Source: Eledone cirrhosa (Eukaryota). Taken from it: 64,000 bases of DNA. Positions within the stretch are counted from its first letter, which is position 1. Each line of letters opens with the position of its first letter. Under the pieces are notes generated by a model. That model saw only the letters and a program-made list of their open reading frames with translations, did not search any database and was not told where the DNA came from. The stretch spans positions 4,030,001 through 4,094,000 of the forward strand of contig OZ024757.1 in assembly GCA_964016885.1 (NCBI GenBank), written 5' to 3'. Positions 27,301 to 42,300 of this stretch are shown here, piece after piece. Both the position numbers and the translations under genes were made by a program.

Positions 27301-30300
27301 CCTGGTACTTCTCGTCTAGCTTTTCCTGGTACTCCCCGTCTAGCTTTTCATGGTACTCCCTTTCTAACTTTTCCTGGTACTCCCCGTCTAGCGTTTCCTG
27401 GTACTCCCCGTCTAGCTTTTCCTGGTACTCCCCGTCTAGGTTTTCATGGTACTCCTCGCACAGGTTTTCCTGGTACTCGCTGTCTAGCTTTTCATGGTAG
27501 TCCCCGTCTCGCTTTTCAATCGTGCTCCTCGTCTCGCTTTTCATGGTACGCCCTGTCTAGCTTTTCAAGGTACTCCTCGTCTAGATTTTAATGATACTCC
27601 CTTTATAGCTTTTCCTGGTACTCCCCGTCAAGCTTTTCCTGGAACTCCCCGTCAAGCTTTTCATGGTACTCTTCATCTAGCTTTTCCTGGTACTCCTCTA
27701 CTAGTTTTTCCTCGTACTCCTTGTCTAGCTCTTCTTGGTACTCCACGGCTAGCTTTTCCTGGTATTCCTCGTCTAGCTTTTCCATGAAATCATCGTCCAG
27801 GTTTTCCTGGTACTTCCTGTCTAGTTTTTCCTGGTACGTCCCTTCTAGCTTTTACTGGTACTCCCTGTCTAGCTTTTTCTGGTACTCCCTGTCTAGCTTT
27901 TCTTGGTACTCCTCGTCCAGCTTTTTCTGGTACTCCCTGACTAGGTTTCTCTGGTACTCACCGTCTAGCTTTTCCTGGTACCACTCGTGTAGCTTTTCCT
28001 GGTACTCCCCTATAGCTTTCCTGGTACTCCTCGTCTAGGATTTCATGGTACTCTCCGTCTAACTTTTCCTGGTACTCCACTTCTAGCTTTTCCTGGTACT
28101 TCTCGTCAAGGTTTTGCTGGTATTCCTCGTCTAAGTTTGCATGCTACTTCCCGTCTAGCTTTTCCTGGTACTCCTCGTCCATGTTTTCATGTTACTCCTC
28201 GTCTAACTTTTCCTGGTACTCCCCGTCTAACTTTTCCTGTTTCGACCCGTCTAGCTTTATCTGGTACTCCTCGTCTAGCTTTTCCTGGAACTCCTCATCC
28301 AGGTTTTCCTGGTACTCCCTGTCTAGCTTTTTCTGATACTCACCGTCTGGCTTTTTCTGGTACTCCTCGTCTAGCTTTTCCTGGTATTCCTCGTCTAGCT
28401 TTTCATGGTACACTCCGTCCAACATTTCCTCTTACTTCCCGTCCAGCTTTTATTGGTACTCCCCGTAAAGCTTTTCCTGGTACTCCTCGTCCAGGTTTTC
28501 ATGGTACTCCCCGTTTTGCTTTTCATGTTACTCCTCGTGCAGGTTTGTTAGTACTCCCTGTCTAACTTTTCCTGGTACTCCCCGTGTAGCTTTTCATGGT
28601 ACTCCTCCTACATGTTTTCCTGGTACTCCCTGTCTAGCTTTTCCTGGTACTCCCCGTCTAGCTTTTCATGGTAGTCCCCATGTAACTTTTCCTGGTATGC
28701 CCCGTCTAGCTTTTCATGGTAATCCTCGTCCAGGTTTGATCGGTACTCCCTGTCTAGCTTTTCTTGGTACTCCCCGCCTAGCTTTTCCTAGTACTCCCCG
28801 TCTAGTCTTTCCTGGGACTCCCCGTCTATCTTTTCCTGGTAATCCTCGTCTAGCTTTTCATGGTACTCCCCGCCAGGTTTTCCTGGTACTCCCTGTCTAT
28901 CTTTTCATGGTACTCCCCGTCTAGCTTTTCATTGTACTCCTCGTACAAGTTTTCCTGGTACTCCCTGTCTAGCTTTTCCTGGAACTCCCCGTCTAGCTTT
29001 TGATGGTAGTCGCCGTGTATCTTTTCCTGGTACTCCCCGTTTATCTTTTCCTGGTATTCCCTGTCTAGATTTTGCTGGTACTCCCTGTCTCGCTTTTCAT
29101 GGTGCTCCTCGTACAGGTTTTCCTGTTACTCCCCGTCTAGCTTTTCCTGGTACTTCTCCCCCACGTTTTCTTGGTACTCCTCGTCTAGTTTTTGATGGTA
29201 CTCCCCGTCAAACTTTTCCTGGTACGCCCCGTGTAGTTTTTCCTGGTACTCCCCTTCTAGCTTTCATGTTACTCCTCGTCCAGGTTTTCCTGCTTCTCCC
29301 TGTCTAACTTTTCCTGTTACTCCCCGTCTAGCTTTGCCTGGTACTCCCCGTCTAACTTTTCCTGGTACTCCCCGTCTAGATTTTCCTGGTACTCCCTGTC
29401 TAGCTTTTCTGGTACTCCCGTTCAAGCTTATTCTGGAACTCCCCTTCTAGCTTTTCCTGGTAATCCCCGTCAAGCTTTTCATGGCACTCCTCGTCTAGCT
29501 TTTCCTGGTACTCCTCGTCTAGTTTTTCCTGGTACTCATTGCCTAGCTCTTCTTGGTACTCCCCGACTAGCTTTTCCTGGTACTCCTCGTCTAGTTTTTC
29601 CTGGTACTCCTCATCCAAGTTTTCCTGGTACTTGCTGTCTAGTTTTTCCTCTTACGCCCCTTCTAGCTTTGCCTGGTACTCCCTGTCTAGCTTTTGCTGT
29701 ACTCCTCGTCCAGGTTTCCTGGTACTCCCTGCCTAGCTTTTCCTGGTACTCCCTGTCCAGCTTTTTCTGGTAGTCCCTGACTAGGTTTCTCTGGTAATCA
29801 CCGTCTAGTTTTTGCTGGTACTCCTCGTCTAGCTTTTCCTGGTATTCACCGTCTAGCTTTTCATGGTACTCCTCGTCTTGGTTTTCATGGTACTCCCCTC
29901 CAACATTTCCTGTTACTTCACGTCTAGCTTTTCCTGGTAATCCCCGTAAAGCTTTTCCTGGTACTCCTCGTCCAGGTTTTCATGGTACTCCCCGTTTTGC
30001 TTTTCATGTTACACCTCGTCCGGGTTTCTTGGTAGTCCCTGACTAACTTTTCCTGGTACTCCCCGTCTAGCTTTTCATGGTACTCCTCCTACAAGTTTTC
30101 CTGGTACTACCTGTCTAGCTTTTCCTGGTACTCCCCGTCTAGCTCTTCATGGTAGCCCCCTGTAGCTTTTCCTGGTACTCCCCGTCTAGCTTTTCATGGT
30201 AGCCCCCGTGTAGCTTTTCTTGGTACTCCTCGTCTACCTTTTCCTGTTACTCCCCGTCTAGCCTTTCCTGGTACTACCCGTCTATTTTTCCTGGTACTCC

Positions 30301-33300
30301 CTGTCTAGCTTTTGCTGGTACACCCCGTCTAGATTTTCATGGTGCTCCTCGTACAGGTTTTCCTGTTACTCCCCGTCTAGCTTTTCCTGGTACTTCTCCT
30401 CCACGTTTTCTTGGTACTCCCCGTTTAACTTTTCCTGGTACTCCCCGTGTAGTTTTTCCTGGTACTCCCCTTCTAGCTTTCATGTTACTTCTCGTCCAGG
30501 ATATCCTGGTACTCCCTGTCTAACTTTTCCTGGTACTCCCCGTCTAGCTTTTCCTGTTACTCCCCGTCTATCTTTTCCTGCTATTCCCGTCTAGCTTTTC
30601 ATGGTACTCCTCGTACAGGTTTTCCTGTTACTCCCTGTCTATCTTTTGATGGTAGTCCCCGTCTCGCTTGTCCTGGTACTCCCTATCTAGCTTTTCCTGG
30701 TACTCCCCTTATAGCTTTTCATGGTACTCCTCGTACAGGTTTTCCTGTTACTGCCTGACTATCTTTTGATGGTAGTCGCCGTCTCGCTTTTCCATGTACT
30801 CCCGGTATAGCTTTTCATGGAACTCCCCGTCTAACTCTTCCTGGTGCTCCTCGTCTAGCTTTTCCTGGTACTCCTCGTCCAGGTTTTCCTAGTACTCCCT
30901 GTCTAGCTTTTCCTGCTACTCCCAGTCTAGCTTTTCCTGGTACACCCCGTCTAGCTTTTCATGGTACTCCCCGTTTAACTTTTCTTGGTACTCCCTGTCT
31001 AGCTTTTCCTGGTACAACCCGTCTAGCTTTTCATGGTACTCCCCGTCTCACTTTTCCTGGTACTCCCCGTTATGCTTTTCATGGTACTCCCCGTCTCTCT
31101 TTTCCTGGTACTTCTCGTCTAGCTTTTCCTGGTACTCCCCGTCTAGCTTTTCATGGTACTCACATTCTAGCTTTTCATGGTACTCCCCGTCTAGCTTTTC
31201 CTGGTACTCCCCGTCTAGCTTTTCCTGGTACTCCCCGTCTAACTTTTTCTGGTACTCCCCGTCTAGCTTTTCATGGTACTCCCCGTCTAGCTTTTCCTGG
31301 TACTCCTCGTCTAGCTTTTCATGGTACGCCCTGTCTAGCTTTTCAAAGATACTCCTCGCCTAGCTTTACCTGGTACTCCCTGTCTAGCTTTTCCTGGTAC
31401 TCCCCGTCTAACTTTTCCTGGTACTCCCCGTCTAGCTTTTAATGGTACTCCTCGTCCAGGTTTTCCTAGTACTCCCCGTCTCGCTTTTCTGGTACACCAC
31501 TTCTAGCTTTTCATGGTACTACCCGTCTAACTTTTCCTGGTATTTTTCGTTTAGATTTTCCTGGTACTCCCCGTCTAGCTTTTCATGGTACTCCCCGTCT
31601 CGCTTTTCCTGGTACTCCCTGTTATGCTTTTCATGGTACTCCCCGTCTCTCTTTTCCTGGTATTTCTCTTCTAGCTTTTCCTGGTACTCCCCGTCTAGCT
31701 TTTCATGGTACTCCCTTTCTAGCTTTTCATGGTACTCCCCGTCCAGCTTTTCCTGGTACTCCCCGTCTAGCTTTTCATGGTAGTCCCTGTGTAGCTTTTC
31801 ATGGTACTCCTCGTCCAGGTTCCATTGGTACTCCCTGTCTAGCTTTTCTTGGTTCTCTCCGTCTAGCTTTTCCAGGTACTCCCCGTCTAGCCTTTCCTGG
31901 TACTCCCCGTCTATCTTTTCCTGGTACTCCCTGTCTAGCTTTTGCTGGTACTCCCCGTCTAGCTTTTCATGGTGCTCCGCGTACAAGTTTTCCTGTTACT
32001 CCCCGTCTAGCTTTTCCTGGTACTTCTCCTCCATGTTTTCTTGGTACTCCTCGTCTAGATTTTGATGGTACTCCCCGTCTAACTTTTCCTGTTACACCCC
32101 GTGTAGTTTTTCTTGGTACTCCCCTTCTAGCTTTCATGTTACTCCTCGTCCAGGTTTTCCTGGTACTCCCTGTCTAACATTTCCTGGTACTCCCCGTCTA
32201 GCTTTTCATGGTACTCCTCGTACAGGTTTTCCTGTTACTCCCTGTCGATCTCTTGATGGTAGTCCCCGTCTCGCTTTTCCTGGTACACCCTGTCTAGCTT
32301 TTCCTGGTACTCCCCTTCTAGCTTTTCATGGTACTCCTCGTACAAGTTTTCCTGTTACTACATGTCTATCTTTTGATGGTAGTCCCCGTCTAGCTTTTCC
32401 TGGTAATCCCCGTCTAGCTTTTCCTGGTGATCCCCGTCTAGCTTTTCCTGGTCCTCCCCGTCTAGCTTTTCATGGTACTCCTCGTCCAGGTTTTCCGAGT
32501 ACTCCCTGTCTGGCTTTTCCTGCTTCTCCCAGTCTGGCTTTTCCTGGTACACCCCATCTAGTTTTTCATGGTAATCCCCGTCTCTCTTTTCCTGGTACTT
32601 CTCGTCTAGCTTTTCATGGTACTCCCCGTCTAGCTTTTCCTGTTTCGACCCGTCTAGCTTTATCTGGTACTCCTCGTCTAGCTTCTCCTGGTACTCCTCG
32701 TCTAGCTTTTCCTGGTACTCCTCATCCAGGTTTTCCAGGTACTCCCTGTCTAGCTTTTTCTGATACTCCCCGTGTAGCTTTTCCAGGTACTCCTCGTCTT
32801 TCTTTTCCTGGTATTCCCCGTGTAGCTTTTCATGGTACTCCTCGTCTAGGTTTTCATGGTACTCCCCGTCCAACAGTTCCTGTTACTTCCCGTCTAGCTT
32901 TTCCTGGTACTCCCCGTAAAGGTTTTCCTGGTAAAGCCCGTCTAGCATTATCTGGTACTCCCCGTCTAGCTTATCATTGTACTCCTCGTCCAACTTTTCC
33001 TGGTACTCCCCTTCTAGCTTTTCATGTTACTCCTCTTACAGGTTTTTCTGTAACTACCTGTCTGACTTTTGCTGGTACTCCCCGTCTAATTTTTCCTGGT
33101 ACTCCCCGTCTATCTTTTCCTGCTATTCCCCGTCTAGCTTTTCATGGTACTCCCCGTCCAGGTTTTCCTGGTAATCCCTGTCTATCTTTTCCTGGTATTC
33201 CCGTCTAGCTTTTCATGGTACTCCTCGTACACGTTTTCCTGGTACTCCCTGTCTAGCTTTTCCTGGTACTCCCCATCTAGCATTTCATGGTACTCCCTGT

Positions 33301-36300
33301 CTAGCCTTTCCTGGTACTCCCCGTCTATCTTTTCCTGGTACTCCCTGTCTAGCTTTTGTTGGTACTCCCCGTCTAGCTGTTCATGGTACTCCCCGTACAG
33401 GTTTTCCTGTTACTCCCCGTCTATCTTCTTTTTGGTACTCCCCGTCTAGCTTTTCATGGTACTCCTCGTCCAGGTTTTCCTGGTACTCCCTGTCTATCTT
33501 TTCCTGGTACTCCCCGTCTAGCTTTTCATGGTACTCCTCGTCCAGGTTTTCCTGGTGCTCCCCGTCTAGCTTTTCATGGTAGTCCCCGTGTAGATTTTCA
33601 TGGTACACCTCGTGCACGTTTTCGCGTTACACCCTGTCTATCTTTTGATGGTAGTCCCCGTCTCGCATTTCCTGGTACACCCCGTCTAGCTTTTCATGGT
33701 ACTACCCGTATAGCTTTTCATGGTACTCCACGTCTAGCTTTTCATGGTACTCCCCGTCTAGCTTTTCATGGTACTCCTCGTCCAGGTTTTCCTAGTACTC
33801 CCTATCTAGCTTTTCATTGTACTCCTCATCTAGCTTTTAATGATACTCCCTGTCTATCTTTTCCTGGTACTCCCGCCTAGCTTTTCCTGGTACTCCCCGT
33901 CTAGCTTTTCCTAGTACTCCCCGTCTAGATTTTCCTGGTACTCTCTGTCTAGCTTTTCTGGTACTCCCCGTCAAGCTTTTCCTGGAACTCCCCGTCTAGC
34001 TTTTCCTGGAACTCCACGTCAAGCTTTTCATGGTACTCCTCGTCTAGCTTTTCCCGGTACTCCTCGTCTAGTTTTTCCTGGTACTCCTTGTCTAGCTCTT
34101 CTTGGTTCTCCCCGGCTAGCTTTTCCTGGTACTCCCCGTCTAGCTTTTCATGGTAGTCCCCGTGTAGATTTTCATGGTACACCTCGTGCACGTTTTCGCG
34201 TTACACTCTGTCTATCTTTTGTTGGTAGTCCCCGTCTCGCATTTCCTGGTACACCCCGTCTAGCGTTTCATTGTACTACCCGTCAAGCTTTTCATGGTAC
34301 TCCACGTTTAGCTTTTGCTGATACTACTCGTCCATGTTTTCCTGGTACTCCCTGTCTAACTTTTCCTGGTACTCCCCGTCTAGCTTTTCCTGGTACTCAC
34401 CGTCTAACTTTTCCTGGTACTCCCCGTGTAGCTTTTCATGTTACTCCTCGTTAAGGTTTTCCTAGTACTCCCCGTCCCGCTTTTCCTGGTACACCCCTTC
34501 TAGCTTTTCATGGTACTACCCGTCTAACTTTTCCTGGTACTTCTCGTCTAGCTTTTCCTGGTACTCCCTGCCTAGCTATTCATTGTACTCCTCGTCTAGC
34601 TTTTAATGATACTCCCTGTCTAGCTTTTCCTGGTACTCCCCGCCTAGCTTTTCCTGGTACTCCCCGTCTAGCTTTTCCTGGTATACCCGTCTAGATTTTC
34701 CTGGTACTCCCTGTCTGGCTTTTCTGGTACTCCCCGTCAAGCTTTTCCTGGAACTCCCCGTCTATCTTTTCCTGGAACTCCCTTCAAGCTTTTCCTGGAA
34801 CTCCTCGTCCAGGTTTCCTGGTACTCCCTGTCTAGTTTTTCCTCTGACGCCCCTTCTAGCTTTTCCTGGTACTCCCTGTCTAGCTTTTTCTGGTACTCCC
34901 TGTCTAGCTTTTGCTGTACTCCTCGTCCATGTTTCCTGGTACTCCCTGTCTAGCTTTTCCTGGTACTCCCTGTCCAGATTTTCTGGTAGTCCCTGACTAG
35001 TTTTCTCTGGTACTCACCGTCTAGCTTTTCCTGGTATTCCCCGTCTAGCTTTTCCTGATACTCCCCGTAAATCTTTTCCTGGTACTCTTCGTCCAGGTTT
35101 TCATGGTACTCCCCGTTTTGCTTTTCATGTTACTTCTCGTCCAGGTTTCTTGGTACTCCGCGTCTAACTTTTCCTGGTACTCCCCGTCTAGCTTTTCCTG
35201 ATACTCCCCTCTAGCTTTTCTTGCTATTCTCCGTCTAGCTTTTCATGGTACTACCCGTCTAGCTTTTCCTGGTACTCCCCATCTAGCTTTTCATGGTATT
35301 CCTCGTTTAGGTTTTCAAAATACTCCCCGTTTAACGTTTCCTGGTACTCCCCGTCTATCTTTTCCTGGTACTCCCCTTCTAGCTTTTCATGTTACTCCTC
35401 GTACAGGTTTTTCTGGAACTACCTGTCTGACTTTTGTTGGTACTCCCCGTCTAGTTTTTCCTTGTACTCCACGTCTATCTTTTCCTGCTATTCCCCGTCT
35501 AGCTTTTCATTGTACTCCCCGTCCAAGTTTTCCTGGTACTCCCTGTCTGGTGTTTCCTGGTACTCCCCGTCTAGCTTTTCATGGTAGTCCCTGTGTAGCT
35601 TTTCCTGGTACGCCCCGTCTAGCTTTTCAAGGTACTCCTCGTCCAGGTACGATTGGTACTCCCTGTCTAGCTTTTCTTGGTTCTCCCCGTCTAGCTTTTC
35701 CTGGTACTCCCCGTCTAGCCTTTCCTGGTACTCCCCGTCTATCTTTTCCTAGTACTCCCTGTCTAGCTTTTGCTGGTACACCCCGTCTAGCTTTTCATGG
35801 TGCTCCTCCTACAGGATTTCCTGTTACTCCTCGTCTAGCTTTTCCTGGTACACCCCGTCTAGCTTTTCATGGTACTACCCGTATAGCTTTTAATGGTACT
35901 CCACGTCTAGCTTTTGCTGGTACTACTCGTCCATGTTTTCCTGGTACTCCCTGTCTAACTTTTCCTGGTACTCCTCGTCTAGCTTTTCATGGTACTCCCC
36001 GTCTAGCTTTTCATGGTACTCCTCGTCCAGGTTTTCCTAGAACTTCCCGTCTCGCTTTTCCTGGTACACCCCTTCTAGCTTTTCATGGTACTACCCGTCT
36101 AACTTTTCCAAGTACTCCCTATCTAGCTTTTCATTGTACTGCTCGTTTAGCTTTTAATAATACTCCCTGTCTATCTTTTCTTGGTACTCCCCGCCTAGCT
36201 TTTCCTGGTACTCCCCGTCTAGCTTTTCCTAGTACTCCCCGTCTAGATTTTCCTGGTACTCCTGTCTAGCTTTTCTGGTACTCCCCGTCACGCTTTTCCT

Positions 36301-39300
36301 GGAACTCCCCGTCTAGCTTTTCCTGGAACTCCCCGTCAAGCTTTTCATGGTACTCCTCGTCTAGCTTTTCCCGGTACTCCTCGTCTAACTATACCTGGTA
36401 CTTGTTGTCTAGTTTTTCCTCTTACGCCCCTTCTAGCTTTTCCTGGTACTCCCTGTCTAGCTTTTTCTGGTACTCCCTGTCTAGCTTTTGCTGTACTCCT
36501 CGTCCAGGTTTCCTGGTACTCCCTGTCTAGCTTTTCCTGGTACTCCCTGTCCAGCTTTTTCTGGTACTCCCTGACTAGGTTTCTCTGGTACTCACCGTCT
36601 AGCTTTTCCTGGTATTCCCCGTCTAGGTTTTCATGGTACTCCCCGTCCAACATTTCCTGTTACTTCCCGTCTAGCTTTTCCTGGTACTCTTCGTCCAGAT
36701 TTTCATGGTACTCCCCGTTTTGATTTTCATGTTACTTCTCGTCCAGGTTCCTTGGTACTCCGCGTCTAACCTTTCCTGGTACTCCCCGTCTAGCTTTTCC
36801 TGATACTCCCCCTCTAGCTTTTCTTGCTATTCTCCGTCTAGCTTTTCATGGTACTACCCGTTTAGCTTTTCCTTGTACTCCCCGTCTAGCTTTTCATGGT
36901 ATTCCTCGTTTAGGTTTTCAAAATACTCCCCGTCTAACGTTTCCTGGTACTCCCCGTCTATCTTTTCCTGGTACTCCCCTTCTAGCTTTTCATGTTACTC
37001 CCCTTCCAGGTTTTCCTGGTACTCCCTGTCTGACTTTTCCTGGTACTCCCCGTCTAGCTTTTCATGGTAGTCCCTGTGTAGCTTTTCCTGGTACGCCCCG
37101 TCTAGCTTTTCAAGGTACTCCTCGTCCAGGTTCGATTGGTACTCCCTGTCTAGCTTTTCTTGGTTCTCCCCGTCTAGCTTTTCCTGGTACTACCCGTCTA
37201 GCCTTTCCTGGTACTCCCCGTCTATCTTTTCCTAGTACTCCCTGTCTAGCTTTTGCTGGTACTCCCCGTCTAGCTTTTCATGGTGCTCCTACTACAGGAT
37301 TTACTGTTACTCCTCGTCTAGCTTTTCCTGGTACTTCTCCTCCACGTTTTCTTGGTACTCCTCGTCTAGCTTTTGATGATACTCCCAGTCTAACTTTTCC
37401 TGTTACTCCCCGTGTAGTTTTTCCTGGTATTCCCCTTCTAGCTTTCATGTTACTCCTCGTCCAGGTTTTCCTGGAACTCCCTGTCTAACATTTCCTGGTA
37501 CTCCCCGTCTAGCATTTCCTGGTACTCCCCGTCTAGCTTTTCATGGTACTCCTCGTACTGTGTTTCCTGTTACTCCCTCTCGATCTCTTGATGGTAGTCC
37601 CCATCTCGCTTTTCCTGGTACACCCTGTCTAGCTTTTCCTTGTACTTCCCTTCTAGCTTTTCATGGTACTCCTCGTACAGGTTTTCCTGTTACTCCCTGT
37701 CTATGTTTTGATGGTAGTCCCCGTCTAGCTTTTCCTGGTAATCCCCGTCTAGCTTTTCCTGGTACTCCCCGTCTAGCTTTTCGTGGTCCTCCCGGTCTAG
37801 CTTTTCATGGTACTCCTCGTCCAGGTTTTCCTAGTACTCCCTGTCTGGCTTTTCCTGCTACTCCCAGTCTAGCTTTTTCTGGTACACCCCGTCTAGCTTT
37901 TCATGGTACTCCCCGTCTAACTTTTCCTGGTACTCCCTGTCTAGCTTTCCCTGGTACACCCCGTCTAGCTTTTCCTGGTACTCCCCATTATGCTTTTCAT
38001 GGTACTCCCCGTCTCTCTTTTCCTGGTATTTCTCGTCTAGCTTTTCATGGTACTCCCCGTCTAGCTTTTCCTGTTTCGCCCCGTCTAGCTTTATCTGGTA
38101 CTCCTCGTCTAGCTTTTCCTGGAACTCCTCATCTAGGTTTTCCTGGTACTCCCTGTCTAGCTTTTTCTGATACTGCCCGTCTAGCTTTTCCTGGTACTCC
38201 TCGTCTAGCTTTTCCTGGTATTCCCCGTGTAGCTTTTCATGGTACTCCCCGTCCAACATTTCCTGTTACTTCGCGTCTAGCTTTTCCTGGTACTCCCCGT
38301 AAAGGTTTTTCTGGTAAAGCCCGTCTAGCATTATCTGGTACTCCCCGTCTAGCTTATCATTGTACTCCTCGTCCAACTTTTCCTGGTACTCCCCTTCTAG
38401 CTTTTCATGTTACTCCTCTTACAGGTTTTTCTGTAACTACCTGTCTGACTTTTGCTGGTACTCCCCGCCTAATTTTTTCTGGTACTCCCAGTCTATCTTT
38501 TCCTAATATTCCCCGTCTAGTTTTTCATGGTACTCTCCGTCCAGGTTTTCCTGGTAATCCCTGTCTATCTTTTCCTGGTATTCCCGTCTAGCTTTTCATG
38601 GTACTCCTCGTACAAGTTTTCCTGGTACTCCCTGTCTAGCTTTTCCTGGTACTCCCCGTCTAGCATTTCATGGTAGTCCCCGTGTAGCTTTTCCTGGTAC
38701 GCCCCGTCTAGCTTTTCCTGGTACTCCTCGTCCAGGTTTGACTGGTACTCCCTGACTAGCTTTTCCTGGTACTCCCCGTCTAGCCTTTCCTGGTACTCCC
38801 CGTCTATCTTTTCCTGGTACTCCCCGTCTAGCTTTTCCTGGAACTCCCCGTCAAGCTTTTCATGGTATTCCTCGTCTAGCTTTTCATGGTACTCCTCGCA
38901 CACTCTTCCTGTTACTCCCTGTCTAGCTTTTCATGGTAGTCCCCGTCTCGCTTTTCCTGGTACCGCCGGTCTAGTTTTTCATGGTACTCTCCGTCTAACT
39001 TTTCCTGGTATTTTTCGTTTAGCTTTTGCTGGTACTCCTCGTCTAGCTTTTCATGGTACGCCCTGTCTAGCTTTTGCTGGTACTCCCTGTCTAGCTTTTC
39101 CTGGTACTCCCCGTCTAACCTTTCCTGGTACTCCCCGTCTAGCTTTTCATGGTACTCCTCGTCCAGGTTTTCCTAGTACTCCCCGTCTCGTTTTTCCTGG
39201 TACACCCCTTCTAGCTTTTCATGGTACTCCCCGTCTAACTTTTCCTGGTACACCTCGTCTAGCTTTTCCTGGTACTCCCTGTCTAACTTTTCATCGTACT

Positions 39301-42300
39301 CCTCGTCTATCTTTTCCTGGTACTCCCCGTCTAGCTTTTCATGTTACTCCTCTTACAGGTTTTTCTGGAACTACCTGTCAGACTTTTGCTGGTACTCCCC
39401 GTCTAGTTTTTCCTTGTACTCCCCGTCTATCTTTTCCTGCTATTCCCCGTCTAGCTTTTCATGGTACTCCCCGTCCAGGTTTTCCTGATATTACCTGTCT
39501 AGCTTTTCATGGTAGTCCCTGTGTAGATTTTCCTGGTACGCCCCGTCTAGCTTTTCATGGTACTCCTCGTCCAGGTTTGATTGGTACTACCTGTCTAGCT
39601 TTTCTTGGTTCTCCCCGACTAGCTTTTCCTGGTACTCCCCGTCTTGCCTTTCCTGGTACTCCCCGTCAATCTTTTCCTGGTACTCCCTGTCTAGCTTTTG
39701 CTGGTACTCTCCGTCTAGCTTTTCATGGTGCTCCTCGTACAGGTCTTCCTGTTACTCCCCGACTAGCTTTTCCTGGTACTTCTCCTCCATGTTTTCTTGG
39801 TACTCCTCGTCTAGCTTTTCATGGTACTCCCCGTCTAACTTTTCCTGTTACTCCCCGTGTAGTTTTTCCTGGTACTCCCCTTCTAGCTTTCATGTTACTC
39901 CTCGTCCAGGTTTTCCTGGTTCTCCCTGTCTAACTTTTCCTGGTACTCCCCGTCTAGCTTTTCCTGGTACTCCCCGTCTAGCTTTTCATGGTACTCCTCG
40001 TACAGGTTTTCATGGTACTCCCCGTTTTGCTTTTCATGTTACTTCTCGTCCAGGTTTCTTGGTACTCCTTGTCTAACTTTTCCTGGTACTCCCCGTCTAG
40101 CTTTTCCTGATACTCCCCCTCTAGCTTTTCTTGCTATTCTCCGTCTAGCTTTTCATGGTACGACCCGTCTAGCTTTTACTGGTACTTCTCGTCTAGCTTT
40201 TCCTGGTACTCCCCGTCTAGCTTTTCCTGGAATTCCTGGTCTAGGTTTTCAAAATACTCCCCGTCTAACCTTTCCTGGTACTCCCCGTCTATCTTTTCCT
40301 GGTACACCCCTTCTAGCTTTTCATGTTACTCCTCTTACAGGTTTTTCTGGAACTACCTGTCAGACTTTTGCTGGTACTCCCCGTCTAGTTTTTCCTTGTA
40401 CTCCCCGTCTATCTTTTCCTGCTATTCCCCGTCTAGCTTTTCATGGTACTCCCCGTCCAGGTTTTCCTGTTATTACCTGTCTAGCTTTTCCTGGTAATCC
40501 CCGTCTAGCTTTTCATGGTAGTCCCTGTGTAGCTTTTCCTAGTACACCCCGTCTAGCTTTTCATGGTACTCCTCGTCCAGGTTTGATTGGTACTCCCTGT
40601 CTAGCTTTTCTTTGTTCTCCCCGACTAGCTTTTCCTGGTACTCCCCGTCTTGCCTTTCCTGGTACTCCCCGTCTATCTTTTCCTGGTACTCCCTGTATAG
40701 CTTTTGCTGGTACTCTCCGTCTAGCTTTTCATGGTGCTCCTCGTACAGGTCTTCCTGTTACTCCCCGTCTAGCTTTTCCTGGTACTTCTCCTCCATGTTT
40801 TCTTGGTACTCCTCGTCTAGCTTTTGATGGTACTCCCCGTCTAACTTTTCCTGTTACTCCCCGTGTAGTTTTTCCTGGTACTCACCTTATAGCTTTCATG
40901 TTACTCCTCGTCCAGGTTTTCCTGGTACTCCCTGTCTAACTTTTCCTGGTACTCCCCGTCTAGCTTTTCCTGGTACACCCCTTCTAGCTTTTCATGGTAC
41001 TCCTCGTACAGGTTTTCCTGTTACTCCCTGTCTATCTTTTGATGGTAGTCCCCGTCTAGCTTTTCCTGGTAATCCCCGTCTAGCTTTTCCTGGTACTCCT
41101 CGTATAGCTTTTCCTGGTCCTCCACGTCTAGCTTTTCATGGTACTCCTCATTCAGGTTTTCCTAGTACTCCCTGTCTGGCTTTTCCTGCTACTCCCAGTC
41201 TAGCTTTTCCTGGTACACCCCGTCTAGCTTTTCATGGTACTCCCCGTCTAACTTTTCCTGGTACACCCCGTCTAGCTTTTCCTGGTACTCCCCATTATGC
41301 TTTTCATGGTACTCCCGGTCTCTCTTTTCCTGGTACTTCTCGTCTAGCTTTTCATGGTACTCCCCGTCTAACTTTTCCTGGTACTCCCCGTCTAGCTTTT
41401 CCTGTTTCGCCCCGTCTAGCTTTATCTGGTACTCCTCGTCTATCTTTTCCTGGAACTCCTCATCCTGGTTTTCCTGGTACTCCCTGTCTAGTTTTTTCTG
41501 ATACTCCCCGTCTAGCTTTTCATGGTACTCCTCGTCTAGGATTTCATGGTACTCCCCGTCCAACATTTATTGTTACTTCCCGTCTAGCTTTTCCTGGTAC
41601 TCCCCGTAAAGCTTTTCCTGGTACTCCTCGTCCAGGTTTTCATGGTACTCCCGTTTTGCTTTTCATGTTACTCCCAGTCTAGCTTTTCCGGGTACTCCTC
41701 GTCCAGGTTTTGCTGTTATTCCTCGTCTAGGTTTTCATGTTACTCCTCGTCTAGCTTCTCCTGGTACTTCTCGTCCAGGTTTTCCTGGTACTCCTCGTCC
41801 AGGTTTTCATGGTACTCCCTGTCTAGTTCTCTCTGGTATTCCCGTCTAGATTTTCCTGGTACTCCCAGGCTAGCTTTTCATGATACTCCCAGCTTGCTTT
41901 TCCTGGTACTCCCTGTCTAGCTTTTCCTGGTACTCCCCGTCTAGCTTTTCATGGTACTCCTCGTCCACGTTTTCCTGTACATCCTGTTTAGCTTTTCCTG
42001 GTACTTCCAGTCTAGCTTTTCATGGTAGTCCTCGTCTAGCTTTTCCTGGTACTCCCCGTCAAGCTTTTCCTGGTACTCCCCGTCTAGCTTTTCCTCGTAC
42101 ACTCCGTCTAGAATTTCCCGGTACTCCCCGTCTACCTTTTCTTGGTACTCCCCGTTAGCTTTTCATGGTACTCCCCGTCTAGCTTTTCATGGTACTCCCC
42201 GTCTAGCTTTACCTGGTACTCCCCGTCTAGCTTTTCCTGGTACTTCTCGTCCAGGTTTTCCTGGTACTCCTCGTCTAGGTTTTCCTGGTACTCCTCGTCT